DNA of 64,000 bases, taken from assembly GCA_038087875.1 (NCBI GenBank), contig CM075994.1:8990001-9054000 (forward strand), given 5' to 3'. Positions within the stretch are counted from its first letter, which is position 1; every line of letters begins with the position of its first letter. The stretch comes from Malacoraja senta. Lineage: Eukaryota. The notes below the pieces were generated by a model. That model did no database searches. It saw nothing but the letters and a program-made list of their open reading frames with translations, and had not been told where the DNA came from. Positions 47,211 to 60,907 of the stretch are shown here, in pieces. The translations under genes were made by a program, and so were the position numbers.

Positions 47211-50200
47211 GTTTATTGTATTGTATTGTATTGTATATCTTTATTGTCATTTCCTGAGTATTCACATACCCAGAGGAAACAAAAAAACGTTCCTCAACCA
47301 GTGTCCATTTCAGTGTGCAGTAAAAAATAAATAGAAGTAAAAATACATATATCATGAACAAATTAACACTCTACTCTACTAAACATCAACAGGCGTTCCG
47401 ATCGGCAGCGGCACGACAGTGGCTCTGCTGCAGTGTGTCCAGGTTGGTGGTTGGTGCACGATACTTTGGCAGGGGGCAAAGTCCGTTTATCAGTCTTATA
47501 ACCTACGGGAAGAAGCTGAGGAGCATCCTGCTGGTTTTGCACCTAATGCTCCTGTACCTCTTCCCAGATGGCAGGATGGAGAATATGTGATGCGATGGGT
47601 GGTAGGGGTCTTTGATGATGGAGATGGCTCTGCTGATACATCTCTTCCTGTATATGTCCAGCAGGAAAGGGAGTGGAGCACCAATAATCCTGCTGGCGGT
47701 CTTCACAATCCTGTCTAGTTGGTGCCGTTCGTACGCCTTGCAGCTCCCGAACCAGGAAGTGATGCCGTAGGTTAATGTGCTCTCGATTGTCCCCCTATAA
47801 AAAGTTCGTAGGTGTGTAGTGGGGAGACCTGCTTTACGTAGTCTTCGGAGAGGGTGTAGTCGCTGCTGGGCTCTCTTGACCAGTGCTGTGGTGTTGGTCG
47901 TGGACGTCAGGTCATCTGACAGGTGGAGTCCTAGGAACTTCACGCTGTTGACCCTTTCCACATCAGCTCCATCGATGTGCAGAGGTGTATGGTGTTGTTT
48001 TCCCGCCCTCCTGAAGTCAACCACCATCTCCTTCGTTTTTCCCACGTTGAGAATGAGGTTGTGGGATTTGCACCATCCTGTGAGCAGCTCCACCTCCATC
48101 CTGTACGCCGACTCATCATTGTCACCGATGAGACCCACCACTGTTGTGTCATCAGCGACCTTGTTGATGAAGTTGTTGTTGAGTCTAGCAGTACAGTCGT
48201 GTGTTAGCAGACTAAACAGCAGGTGGCTTAGGACACAGCCTTGGGGCGAGCCAGTGCTCACGGCTATGGTTTTTGATGTCCTACTGCCCACCCTGACTGT
48301 TTGCTGCCGTTGCGATAGAAAGTTCAGGACCCAGCTACATGTGCCAGCATCAACTCCCAATAGCTCCAACTTCTCCACCAACTGCTGCGGAATGATTGTA
48401 TTAAAAGCAGAGCTGAAGTCTATGAAGAGGATCCTGGCATAAGTATTTTTCCGATGAAGGTGTGACAATACGAGGTTCAGTGTTGTTGAGACTGCGTCCT
48501 CTGTGGATCGGTTGGCTCTGTAGGCGAACTGCAGTGGGTCTAGGTCGGCAGGTAGACTATTTTTGATATGCTGCATAACCAGTCGCTCAAAACACTTCAT
48601 TACTATGGGTGTTAGAGCCACTGGTCGAAAGTCATTATGGCAGGCTGGGTTTGGTTTCTTCGGGACAGGGACGATGGTGGCACACTTAAGACAGTTGGGC
48701 ACTAGTGCCTGGCTGAGTGAGATGTTAAAAATGTCTGTGAAGACATCTTTCAGTTGCTCGGCGCAGTCTCTTAAAACGCATCCAGGAATGTTGTCCGGCC
48801 CTGCAGCTTTGCGTGGGTTGATGCTGGCAAAGTCCTTTTTAACTCCGGCTGTGGACAGCCTGAGTGACTGGTCGCTGGGTGATGGCAGTAGTGCACGTGT
48901 CTGGGTGGTGTTTTCAACCTCAAACCGTGCGTAGAACTCGTTCAGTTCATCTGGTAGAGAGGGGTCGTTTTGGCATATCCGCAGCGGGGGGGGGGGGGGG
49001 GGGGGCGGGGGCCTTGTAGTCAGTGATGGTATGAAATCCCTGCCACAAGCGACGTGTGTCTTTGTCATTTGCGAAGTGGCTATTAAGTTTTTGTCCATAC
49101 AGCCTCTTCGCTTCCCTGATCCCCCGGGATAGGTTACTCCTTGCCAGTTTGTGTGCTGCGTTGTCCCCAGATTTGAATGCAGCATTCCGGATTCTCAGTA
49201 GGGAACACACTTCCCCAGTTAGCCAAGGTTTCTGATTGGCACGCCTCTTGACGGGTTTTACCACCGTTACATCATCAGTGCATTTATTGATGTATCCGAT
49301 GACGGATTCTGTGTATTCGTGGAGGTTGATGCTACTGTCATCTGTTGCTGTCTTTCTGAAAATGGCCCATTGTGTGGTTTCGAAACAGTCTTGTAGTGCT
49401 GCGGTAGCTCCCTGTGGCCATGTTCTGACTTCTTTGACTGTTGGCCTGTCCTGTTTCACCCTGGGTCTGTATGCAGGTTTGAGTTGCCGATATGGGGGAG
49501 GGGGGCTGCTCTATATGCATCTTTAATGTTGGTGTACACCAGATCTAGTATGTTCTTTCCCCTGGTTGCAATGTTCACATGCTGGTAGAATTTAGGCAGA
49601 ACAGATGTAAGACTTGCCTGGTTGAAATCCCCAGCTGCCATGAAGAAAGCATCTGGATGTTCCCTCTGCTGCTCACTGATGTTGTTGTAGAGTTCTGTCA
49701 TAGCACCCTTCACGTCCGCGCTCGGTGGTACATAGACGGCCGTTATGAAGACTGCCGTTAGCTCCCTGGGTAAGTAGAAGGGTCGGCATTTCACAGTCAT
49801 TAGCTCTACATGGGGTGAGCAGTAAGTGGAAATCACCACAGCATCCCGGCACCATGATCTGTTCACATATACAGCCAGTCCCCCTCCTCTTGCCTTACCA
49901 GCTAGCGAAGCTACTCTATCAGCTCTGTATAGCATAAGTCCCTCCAACTGGATCGCAGCGTCTGTGATGTTCTGATTCAGCCAGGTCTCCGTTAGGACGT
50001 AGACACAGCAGTTCTTCACGCTTCGTTGGGAGGCTCTCCACGCTCTGAGGTAGTCCATCTTGTTGTCGAGGGAGCGGACATTTGCCAAGATGACAGTAGG
50101 CACTGCCGGTTTGTGAGGGTTCGCGTTTAGCCTAGCGTAGGCTCCTACGCGCTTCCCCCGCTTCTGCCCCCTGCTACACCGCTTGCGATGTTTCCCCACC

Positions 50201-50460
50201 AGCGTTGCTCCAGGTGCGGGTGTGGGTGCAGCCGCGGCTCTCCATGGGCCTGCGCACCTCCGTGGGCACATCCGTGGGCCTACGCGACGCAGAAGTCTCA
50301 GCTCCACCAGGACGCTCCGTAAGGTAATGTTGCAACAAGAAGCCTTGTTGCCGATTTTTAAAAGAACCTGCCGCTCGTACTTACGCACATACACACACTC
50401 CTCCGACACACACTCTTCATACACACCACTCGCTCCAAAAACACACGAAAACACCGAACT
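47211..50460 (-). mobile_element. Near full-length Rex1/Babar-like LINE, unit B only
   Basis: Endonuclease (ILANVRSLDNK, VLTETWL, AGDFN) and RT ([23 protein letters not shown]) ORFs with a (TATTG)n tail. Empty site at ~19560. Confidence 0.9.
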
Positions 50461-50984
50461 CTATTATATTTTATCCAAGTTTGTTGTATGTACAGGCCTG
50501 TTACGCTGCTGCCAGTAAGAATTCCATTGTCCGGTTGTCGGTACAACAAACTTAGATAAAATATAATAAACTAATACAACAATAAATTTGTAACTAGTGC
50601 AAACCCTCTTGAATCTTGCAACGTAGACTTGCTGCAACAAAACAAAGGCAACATGGCAGGGAAAACCGAACCTGGCCAGAAATAAGGAGCTCATACAGGA
50701 CTTGGATGGTATATGGATAGGTTATGTTTGGAGTGACATAGGCCAAACGTAGGCAGGTGGGTTTAGTGTGGCTGGGACATGTTGGCCGGTGTGAGGAAAG
50801 TGGGCCCTGAGAGCCTGTTTGTTTCCACGCTGTATCGCTCTATGTCTCTATGACTAGGAGTTATGTGGACACATATTTCACAGGAACTTTAATACCAATA
50901 ATTGCAGTCAATTGTGTTCAATACTATTAATGTTTTTTGTGCCTGTGCTTGTGGTATACTAATGTATCTATTTTATTTTCTCAG

Positions 50985-51172
50985 ACCATAAGCGTTGAAC
51001 TCCCTACATATTTGAATCAACTCATCCAGCAGATCAAACCAAGAAAAGCAAACCAATTACTGAATCTATGTTAGCTCAGCCAGCTGTGCTGATACTGTTG
51101 TGGGTCAACACCCATTTGGGATAATGTAATTTGTGAATTCTTACACTCATTAAAACTCCACATTGCCTTCTT
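50985..51172 (+). other. Probable terminal 3' UTR exon of gene B
   Basis: Acceptor AG at 50983-50984, ATTAAA at 51149-51154. Paralog of 20073-20260. Confidence 0.6.
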
Positions 51173-51777
51173 GTTTGTTCATTCCTGGCAAAAACAGACT
51201 CAAGTCAGAGTGGTTACATTTCAAGCGTAGACCAAGCGATGATACACTCTGAAGAAGGGTCTTCACCCGAAACGTCACAATATAAAATAGACAATAGACA
51301 ATAGACAATAGGTGCAGGAGGAGGCCATTCGGCTCTTCAGGCCAGCACCGCCATTCAATGTGATCATGGCTGATCATCCCCAATCAGTACCCCGTTCCTG
51401 CCTTCCCCGCATATCCCCTGACTCCGCTATCTTTAAGAGCCCTATCTAGCTCTCTCTTGAAAGTATTCAGAGAACCGGCCTCCACCGCCCTCTGAGGCAG
51501 AGAATTCCACAGAATCACAACTCTCTGTGTGAAAAAGGTGTTTCCTCAACTCCGTTCTAAATGGCTTACCCCTTATTCTTAATATTAGTACCAAAGTGAT
51601 GGATGCCACGTGAAGTCTAGCTCTGTCGTCTGCTGCACCCCTTCATCTGACCAACCAGAGTGTCGTCAGTTCAGGCGAGAGTTCGAGCTCGACAAAAGAA
51701 GCTTCGAGACCAATGTGTCTCGGCCACAAGATGGCGCCACAATGGTGTGACAGTGATTATTAAAGGTTGTAATAATT

Positions 51778-53661
51778 ATGTTTTTAAATAATATTTTTAT
51801 TAGAAGCAAAGACATATTATGGTAAATACATTTCATGTATATCAATCATACACTATTAATATTATCAATTGTGGATTGATTCTGCTTCTAGTTTTTTTTA
51901 TAGATAGAAAGTGAGAAAGAAAGAGAGAAGAGAAAAAAGAAAAAAAAACACAAATGTCCAGATAAAAAAAATGAGTGGAATAATTTACTAATAATACATC
52001 ATTGGAGATAGGTTCGTAGGTTATAAAGTATAACTTTTCATCTAATTCTAAGTTTAAGCTTCAGTTAGGTTCCCGTGCCGGACCGATCTACCCCTTCAAA
52101 TAATCAATGAATGGAGACCATATTCTAACAAAAAGTTCTTGTTTGTCCATTAAGACAAGTCTGATTCTTTCCAGGTGTAGGGTCTCCGACATTTCCATAA
52201 TCCACATTTTAATTGTGGGGGTTATAGGACGTTTCCAAAATTTAAATATTATTTTTTCCCCAGTTATTATACTGTAGTCTAGGAAGTTTCTTTGGCTGTT
52301 GTGAGTGTTAGACTTTGTTCTGATATTCCAAGTATTATTAGTTTTGAGTCGGGATCCAATTTAGTATTGACAACTTCAGAAATTATTTTAAAAATATCAA
52401 TCCAGTAATTTTTAATTTTTATACAATTTGCAAAAGTATGTGTTAAGTTAGCTTCTAGATGCTGACATTTATCACAAATAGGAGATATGTGGGAACATTC
52501 TATTTAGTTTTGCTTTAGAATAAAGTGATCTGTGTTATACTTTAAATTGTATTAAAGCATGTCTGGCATTTAACGAGCATTTATGTATATATTTGTAGAC
52601 TTTCGTCCCAAATATCTTTCGTTATAGGTTGGCCTAATTCATTTTCCCATGTGTGTCTATATGATTCCATCGGGAATTTTTTCTGTATTAGGATGTTTAT
52701 TCAAACATTCGTCAAGGATTTCTGATTCCCTCGTCCTATAATTTTTGTGTATTAGATTTAACATAATCTCTAAGTTGTAGATATCTAAAAAAAATATTTG
52801 AGTGTATTCCGTAGATCTGTTGTAACTCCTGAAATGAAAGAAAAGTGCCTTTCCTATAAAGATGTCCATCTTTTTAATTCCATAATTTTTTCATTGTGTG
52901 AAACCCCTATCCAATATGGAAGGTTTAAATAAAGGACTGTTTACAATGGGAAAATAAAGTGATATATTATCCAATTTTTAAGCCTTTTTAATTGTTTCCA
53001 GATTCGTATACCACTATGTATTATAGGGGTTTCCCTATGGGGTTTTTGTGCAATTTTGTGGGAGCAAACATAATCGCACCAATTTCAAAAGGCAAACAGT
53101 CTTCCTTTTCCATCCTTAGCCAATCTGGTTGCTCATCCATTTCTTCCAGCCAGAAATTCATGTTTTTAATATGGACTGCCCAAAATAAAACAAAAAAATT
53201 GGCAAAGCTAAACCTCCATTTATCTTGATTTACATAAATGTTTTTTGCTTATTCTATGATTCTTATAATCCCAGATGAAACTTGTAAGAATAGAATCGAC
53301 TTTAAAAAAAAAAAATTGGGATATATGTCGGAATTGATTGAAATAGGTACAGTAATTGCGGTAAAAAAAATCATTTTTATAGCATTAATTCTACCAAACA
53401 TTGAAATGGGAAGTGTTTTCCAATACTGAATATTCTTATGTAGTTTATTCAGTAAAGGTGGGAAGTTTAATTTAAATAAAAGAGTATATGTCTTAGTTAC
53501 ATAAATTCCTAAATATTTAAATTTTTCCTTAACTATTTAAAAAAGAAATTGTTGTAGTGTATGTAAATTGAGTTCCGTTATTGGCATGATTTCGCTTTTA
53601 TTCCATTTAATTCTATATCCCGAAAACTGACCAAATTGAGATTAAATTTAATAGGTTTGGA
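51778..53661 (-). mobile_element. 5'-truncated L1-clade LINE, unit B only
   Basis: ORF2 C-terminal remnants. 16-bp TSD AAAGGTTG(T/C)AATAATT at 51762-51777 and 53662-53677. Empty site at ~20860. Confidence 0.82.
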
Positions 53662-54939
53662 AAAGGTTGCAATAATTGACCAATAATGAACACTTTGTTA
53701 ATAGGATCTTGTACATGTTCTTCAAATAATGACAACAATTTAACGCTGAATGATGTGCGCTGGAAAGTTAGTAAAAGTCCTGCTGTATCCGAAACTTGAA
53801 TAAGTCTCTTCTGTTACATGGATGTCCATTGTACCGGAATATACACGTATGTGTCTCATAAGGTGATAATAAGGTCATTATTGAGAGGAGCAGAATAAGG
53901 CCATTTGGTCCATCAAGTCTACTCCCGCCATTCAATCATGGCTGATCTATCTCTCCCTCCTAACCCCATTCTCCTGCCTTCTTCCCATTCCCTAACACTT
54001 GCACTAATCTATAATCTATCTAACTTTTCCTTACATATATCTACTGAATTGGCCTCCAGAACCTTCTGTGGCAAAGAATTCCACAGATTCACCGCCCCCT
54101 GATTAAATAAATTCCTCCCCATCTCCTTTCAGAATAAGTCCTTTAATTCTGAGGCTGTGACCTCGAGTCCTAGACTCTCCCGCTAATGGAATTATCCTCT
54201 CCACATCCACTCTATCCAGGCCTTTCATTATTCAGTAAGTTTCAATGAGGTACCCTCTCATCCTTCTAAACTCCTGCTGGTACAAGCCCAGTGCCGTCAA
54301 ACGCTCATCATATGTTAACCCTCTTGTAAACCTCCTCTGGACATTCTTCAAGAGCCAGCACACTCTTCCTCAGATATTGGTCTGTAGAATCCTATAGCTC
54401 CTCTCCTTGGCGTTCACTGCAACCCGATCTCAGATAAAACATTTCCAATCTCCGCAATGTGTTAACAAACAATCTGAAATATTGTTTTGAAATTAAACCC
54501 AAGGAATATATACAAGTAAAAGATCACATCATCCCAAAGAAGCAGCAGCAACTCTGGGAAACATGGTTATTACCGGATTGTATGTAGATCAAAGCATTTC
54601 CCAGCATCAAGGTACATGTGAGAATAAAGTATCATTAGGGCGGCACAGTGGCGCAGCGGTAGAGTTGCTGCCTTACAGCACTTTCAGCGGCAGAAAGGCA
54701 GGTTCGATCCCGACTACGGGTACTGTCTGTACGAGTTTGTTCGTTCTCCCCGTGACTTGCGTGGGATAGCTCCGAGATCTTCGATTTCATCCCACACTCC
54801 AAATACATACAGGTTTGTAGGTTAATTGGCTCAGTATATATGTATGTGTGTGTAGTGTAGTGTTAATGTGTGGCGGTCGCTGCTCGGTGCGATTTCGATG
54901 GGCCGAATGGACTGTTGCCGCGCTGTTCTCCAAAAGATA

Positions 54940-56510
54940 GAAACATAGAAACATAGAAAATACGTGCAGGAGGAGGCCATTCGGCCCTTCGAGACATCAC
55001 CGCCGTTCATAGTGATCATGGCTGATCGTCCGCAATCAATAACCCCGTGCCTGCCTTTTTTAATATGACATTCCCCGCCATCCCTGGGATCAATCTCGTG
55101 AACTACGCTGCACTGCCTCAATCACACGGATGTCCTTCCTCAAATTCGGAGACCAAAACTGTACACAATACTCCAGATGTGGTCTTACCAGAGCCCTATA
55201 CAACTGCAGAAGAACCTCTTTACTCCTATACTGAAATCCTCTTGTTATGAAGGCCAACATTCCATTTGCTTTCTTCACTGCCTGTTGTACCTGCACGCCA
55301 ACATTCAGTGATTGGTGTACAAGGACTCCCAGGTCTCTCTGTACCTCCCCCCTTACCTAACCTAACCCCATTGAAATAATAATCTGCCCCCTTGTTTTTG
55401 CCGGCCAAAGTGGATAACCTCACATTTATCTATAGTATACTGTATCTGCCACGCATCTGCCCACTCACTGAACCTCTCCAGGTCACCCTGCAACCTCCTA
55501 ACATCCTCTTCACAGTTCACACTGCCACCCAGCTTTGTGTCATCCGCAAACTTGCTAGTGTTGCTCCTAATTCCCTCTTCCAAATCATTAATATATATGG
55601 TAAACAGTTGCGGCCCCAACATCGAACCTTGTGCTCCAATTTTAGTCACCAGTCTCCCGTGCGGGACCTTATCAAAGGCTTGTCACATCCTCAAAACATC
55701 CTCAAGCATGATTTCCGTTTCATAAATCCATGTTGACTTGGACTAAACCTTTTACTGCTATCCGAATGCCCCATTATTACCTCTTTAATAATTGACTCCA
55801 GCATCTTTCCCACCACCGAAGTCAGGCTAACTGGTCTGTAATTACCTGTTTTCTCTCTTGCTCCTTTCTTGAAAAGTGGGATAACATTAGCTATCCTCCA
55901 ATCCACAGGAACTGATCCTGAATCTATTGAACATTGGAAAATGATCACCAATGCGTCCACTATTTCTAGAGCCACCTCCCTCAGGACCCTGGGATGCAGA
56001 CCAACAGGCGCAGGGAATTTATCATCCTTCAGTCCCATAAGCCTAACCAATACTATTTCTCGCCTAATGAAAATTTATTTCATTTCCTCTACCCCCGTAG
56101 ATCCTCTGTCCTCCAGTACATCTGGGAGATTGTTTGTGTCTTCCTTAGTGAAGACAGATCCGAAGTACCTATTCAACTCTTCTGCCATTTCCTTGTTACC
56201 CATAATAATTTCACCCATGTCTGCCTTCTAGGGACCCACATTTGTCTTTGCTATTATTTTTCACAACATATGTAAAGAAGCTTTTACTGTCCTTCTTTAT
56301 ATTCCTGGCCAGCTTCCCCTCATACTTCATCTTCTCAGCCCGTATTGCCCGTTTTGTTTCCTTCTGTTGTCCTATGAAAGTTTCCCAATCCTCTGGCTTC
56401 CGGCTACTCTTTGCTGTGTTATACATCTTTTCTTTTAGTTTTATTCTATCCCTAACTTCTCTTGTCAGCCACGGTTGCCTCCTACTCCCCTTAGAATCTT
56501 TCTTCCTTTT
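54940..56510 (-). mobile_element. CR1-clade LINE with internal deletion, unit B only
   Basis: RT motifs. Interrupts the SINE tail that is intact at ~22170. Confidence 0.85.
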
Positions 56511-56798
56511 TCGACTAACTAATCTAAACTGATCTAAACTATAAATTACTGAATCTCTGAATAGGTGACGTTTCGGGTCAGAACACTTATTCAGACTTTG
56601 TGTCTTTTTTCGTAAACCTACACTTGCAGTTCCTTGTTTCTACAATATATACAGGTGGTTCTGCTATAACTCGACATCTGCTTCTTGAAGCAACCTCGCC
56701 ATTATGTCAATTGGAAACGAGGGTTTGGGCTCGAGTGTTTCTGAACTTAACGCTTAACCCCCAGATAATTTTCCAAAACAATGATTTTTTTCATAGCT

Positions 56799-56799
<1 letters not shown>

Positions 56800-56851
<52 letters not shown>
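56800..56851. repeat. (TA)n microsatellite
   Basis: Direct inspection. Not expanded at the unit A position (~22460). Confidence 0.9.
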
Positions 56852-56852
<1 letters not shown>

Positions 56853-59024
56853 CTGTATTACTGCAAGTTAAAATACTAATGTTACATTGTTCAATCGAGT
56901 ATTATTGCACAGGAGATTGCTTGTAAATTTCAATGGCCACTTGCAGCGAAATCGACAGCTTGTGTTCTTAAGTAACAATTATCACTGATTACTGCAGGGT
57001 GGCTACATGGAAACAGATTTTCGTTATCCCCGACTGTTTTTTCCACAAGGCTGTTTTTTTTCCCTGCATGTAAATTTGCATAATAGGTTTCAAGCGGTTC
57101 ACAAGCATCAGTTCGAGTCATGTCTCAATCGCGTTGTGGAAACACTGAAATAGCAGAAATACTTAACTTGTGGAAATTTCCTGCATTGTGAAACATTTCG
57201 GGGGTTTTGCTACTGACATCAAAGGTTTTGCAATTTCAAGGCATTGCACTCAAGTTCCTAACCAAACACCGTTCCAAGAAATGCATGGCCACGGATCAAA
57301 CAACAGGATTTCAGTTATCAGTTTAGTTTATTGTCACGTGTACCGAGGTAGAATGACAAGCTTTTGTTGCGTGCTAACCAGTCTGCGGAAAGACAAAACA
57401 TGATTACAATCAAGCCATTTACAGTGTGTACATACATGATAAGGGAATAACGTTTAGTGCAAAGTAAGCTCCAGTAAAGTCCGATCAATGATAGTCCGAG
57501 GGTCACCAATGAGATAGATGGTAGTTCCGCGCTGATCTATGGTTCTGATAAGATGGTTCCGTTGCCTGATAACAGATGGGAAGAAACTGGCCCTGAACTG
57601 AACTGAAATTTACGTTTCAACTCATAGAATGTAGGCGGAGACAGTAAGACTGGTGGGAGAACTGGGAAGGGGGTGGGGATGAAGAGAGACAGCAAGGGCT
57701 ATCTGAAGTTAGAGAAGCCAATGTTCATACCGCTGGGGTATAAACTACCCAAGCAAAATATGAGGTGCTGTTCCTCCAATTTGCACTGGGCCTCACTATG
57801 ACAATGGAGGAGGCCCTGGACAGAAAGGTCAGATTGGGAATGAGAGGAGGAGTTGGAATGCTGAGCCACCGGGAAGTCAGGTAGGTTAAGGTTAATAGAA
57901 AAGTAGTCGTTGAGGGCGGCACAGTGGCGCAACGGTAGAGTTGCTGCCTTACAGCGCCAGGTGACCTGGGTTCCATCCTGACTACAGGCGCTGTCTGTAC
58001 GGAGTTTGTACGTTATCCCTGAGACCGCGTGGATTTTCTCCTGGTGCTCAGGTTTGCTCCCACACTGCAAATACCTACAGGTTTGTAGGTCAATTGGCTT
58101 CGGAATAAATTGTAAACTGCCTCCAGTGTGTAGGATAGAAATGTTTAAGAAAGAACTGCAAATGCCGGTAAAGTCGAAGGTAGACACAAAATGCTGGAGT
58201 AACTCAGGGGGTGAGGTAGCATCTCTGGCGAGAAGGAATGGGCGACGTTTCGGGTCGAGACGTCGCCCATTTCTTTCTCACCAGAGATGCCTCCTCACCC
58301 GCTGAGTTTCTCCAGCATTTTGTATCTACCTGTAGGATAGAACTAATGGATGGGGTGATCGTTGGTCGGCGCGGACTCTGTGGGCCGAAGGGACTGTTTC
58401 CGCGCAGTATCTCTGAAGCCACTAACGTCTAAAGACCCACTAAAACAGGCTACTGCATTTTATCAACCGCCCCCATTTCTGCAAAAGGCCGTCATTGGTA
58501 CTGTACTCATCAAAGGAGACAGTTTCTTATACTGGGATTGACACGTGTCCCAGATGAAGCAGCGATTCCCATCATCTGTTCAGATCCAGACTGTTCCAGT
58601 GCTTTGCTATTTTAGTTAGAGAAACCGAAAACGGTTTAGAGTCAGAGACTTAGAGTGATACAGTGTGAAACAGGCCTTTCGGCCCTACTTGTCCGTACCG
58701 ACCAATATATCCCAAACACTACATTCTATCTCTGTCCCGCCCCCTCCCCTGACATCAGTCTGAAGAAGGGTCTCGACCTGGAACGTCGCCCGTTCCTTCT
58801 CTCCGGAGATGCTGCCTGTCCCGCTGAGTTACTCCAGCATTTTGTGTCTACCTTCGATTTAAACCAGCATCTGCAGTTCTTTCTTGCACATTTTGTCCAC
58901 TCTACTACGAAACCTCCTCAAGGTGTGTCTACTTTGCAGAAGTTTTCCTCCTCTCTCCGACGACAGTTGAGCAACATCCTCTCTCCTACATTCTCTCTTT
59001 GTCCCTCCCCCTCCCCTGACATCA

Positions 59025-59056
59025 GTCTGAAGAAGGGTCTCGACCCGAAACGTCAC
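59025..59056 (+). ncRNA. Minimal type I hammerhead-like motif; another at 60716-60747
   Basis: GT CTGAAGA A GGGT CTCG ACCC GAAA C GTC AC. Confidence 0.5.
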
Positions 59057-59685
59057 CCATTCCTTCTCGCCAGAGATGCTGCCTGTCCCGCTGAGTTACT
59101 CCAGCATTTTGTGTCTACCATCTACACTAGTCCCACCTGCGTGCGTTTGCCCCATATCACTCCACACCTGTCCTATCCATGTGGATGTCTAATTGTATCT
59201 TAAACGTTGCGATAGTCCCTGTCTCAACTACCTCATCTGGCAGCTTGTTCCATATACCCACCACCCTGTGTTTGAAAAAGTTACCCCTCAAGTTCCTGTT
59301 AAATCTTTTTAGTTTAAGTTTAGTTTGGTTTAGTTCAGTTTAGTTCAGTTTAGGTTGGTTTTCTTCAGTCTCAGTGTCAGTCTACCCCACGACAGAAGGG
59401 GGAGGAGTTGTACAGTTTGATAGCCACAGGGAAGAATGATCTCCTGTGGCGTTCTGTGCTGCATCTTGGTGGAACCAGTCTGTTGCCTGCCCTCCAAGGC
59501 CACCTCCCATGAAGCCAACTCCGCCCCCAGGACGGAGCCAGCCTTCCTGGTGAGGTTTAGCCGGAGAAACCCAAGTCACGGCAACCACACAGAATTTTCC
59601 CGCGTCCCCAACATGGTTTGCGGAAGCTAGAATTCTGCCGGATGCAGATAAGACTGGATGTTGACAAGACTTCTCATTTTTGCAG

Positions 59686-59763
59686 CTCCGTGCTTCGCTC
59701 CCTGTAAGAAGTTCAAGGGCTGCTTTAGATCCAAAGCTGCCATTGCGCGACAAATGCGAGGCG
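59686..59763 (+). other. Orphan 78-nt candidate exon in unique CpG-rich sequence
   Basis: cttctcatttttgcAG acceptor, GCG|GTAAGT donor. Open in phases 0 and 1. Confidence 0.5.
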
Positions 59764-60907
59764 GTAAGTACCGGAACATCGAGTTGCCCTCGGTAGGGCG
59801 TTGGGAATATTGTGTGTTTATGTTAGTGGGATGTTGGTGGGTCTAACCAGTTTAGTTTAGTTTAGAAATACAGTGCGAAAACAGACCCTTCGGTTCACTG
59901 AATCCGCACCGACTAGCGGTCGCTGCACATTAACACTACACATTAACACAATCCTACAATTTACACTTGTGTCAAGTCAATTAAAATACAAACCTGTACA
60001 GTTTGGGAGTGTGGGAGGAAACACGGAGATATCCCGTGACTCAGGAGAACGTGTAAACATCGTACAGACAGCACCCGTGGTCGGGATCGAACCCGGGTCT
60101 CTGGCGGCTGTAAGCGCTGTAAAGCAGCAACGCTACCGCTGCGCTATCGTGACCGCCAGTCTAATACGGTAGAAGACTGAGTGTTGGTGAATGAGTTACC
60201 CTGGAGGGGGTTCATGGATGGAAGGTAGGGGGGGGGAGTGGGAAGAGGAGGAAGGGGGGTGGGGAGAGGTGGAGGCGGAGAAGAGGAGGGGGGGGGGGGA
60301 AGAATGAGGGGTGAGAGAAGGGAGAGGGAGGAGAGGGGGTGAGAGATGGTGAGAGAGAGGGGAAGAGGGAGGGGGCGGAGAGGGGGAGAGGGGTGAGAGA
60401 GAGGGAGGGAGTGGAAGAGACTGTTACACGTTATTTATATTTAACTTCTCTTGTTTGTGTATCGAGGAGCGCGGGAAAATAAAGACTGTGTACGGAAAAA
60501 AAACACTTAAAGATAGCGGAGTCAGTGGATATGGGGAGAAGGCAGGAACGGGGTACTGACTGGGGATGATCAGCCGTGATCACGTTGAATGGCGGTGCTG
60601 GTTCGAGGGGCCGAATGGCCTACTCCTGTACCTGTTGTCTATTGTCTATTGCCTGTTTCCGTTGATCATGGTAACTTTTTTGCACGTCTCATGTATCCCT
60701 TTCCCCAGACCTTCAGTCTGAAGAAGGGTCTCGACCCGAAACGTCACCCATTCCTTCTCTCCAGAGATGCTGCCTGTCCCGCTGAGTTATTATCGCTTGT
60801 TGTGTCTTTGCCGTTGTTACCCCTTTTTGCTTTTAACAGTCATGGACGCATACGGAATGGGATCAGGCCCTTCGGCCCAACTTGCCCACACCGACCAACA
60901 TCGTCCC

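Larger units (their letters stand above)
36205..60907 (+). repeat. Segmental duplication unit B (~24.7 kb)
   Basis: 39850-59535 aligns with unit A, and 36205-39270 aligns with 60908-64000. Confidence 0.88.

Noticed and set aside
60225-60420. Purine-rich G/A tract with G-quadruplex potential
   Set aside because: Low-complexity sequence like those at 12600-12885 and 40462-40558, with no evidence of function.
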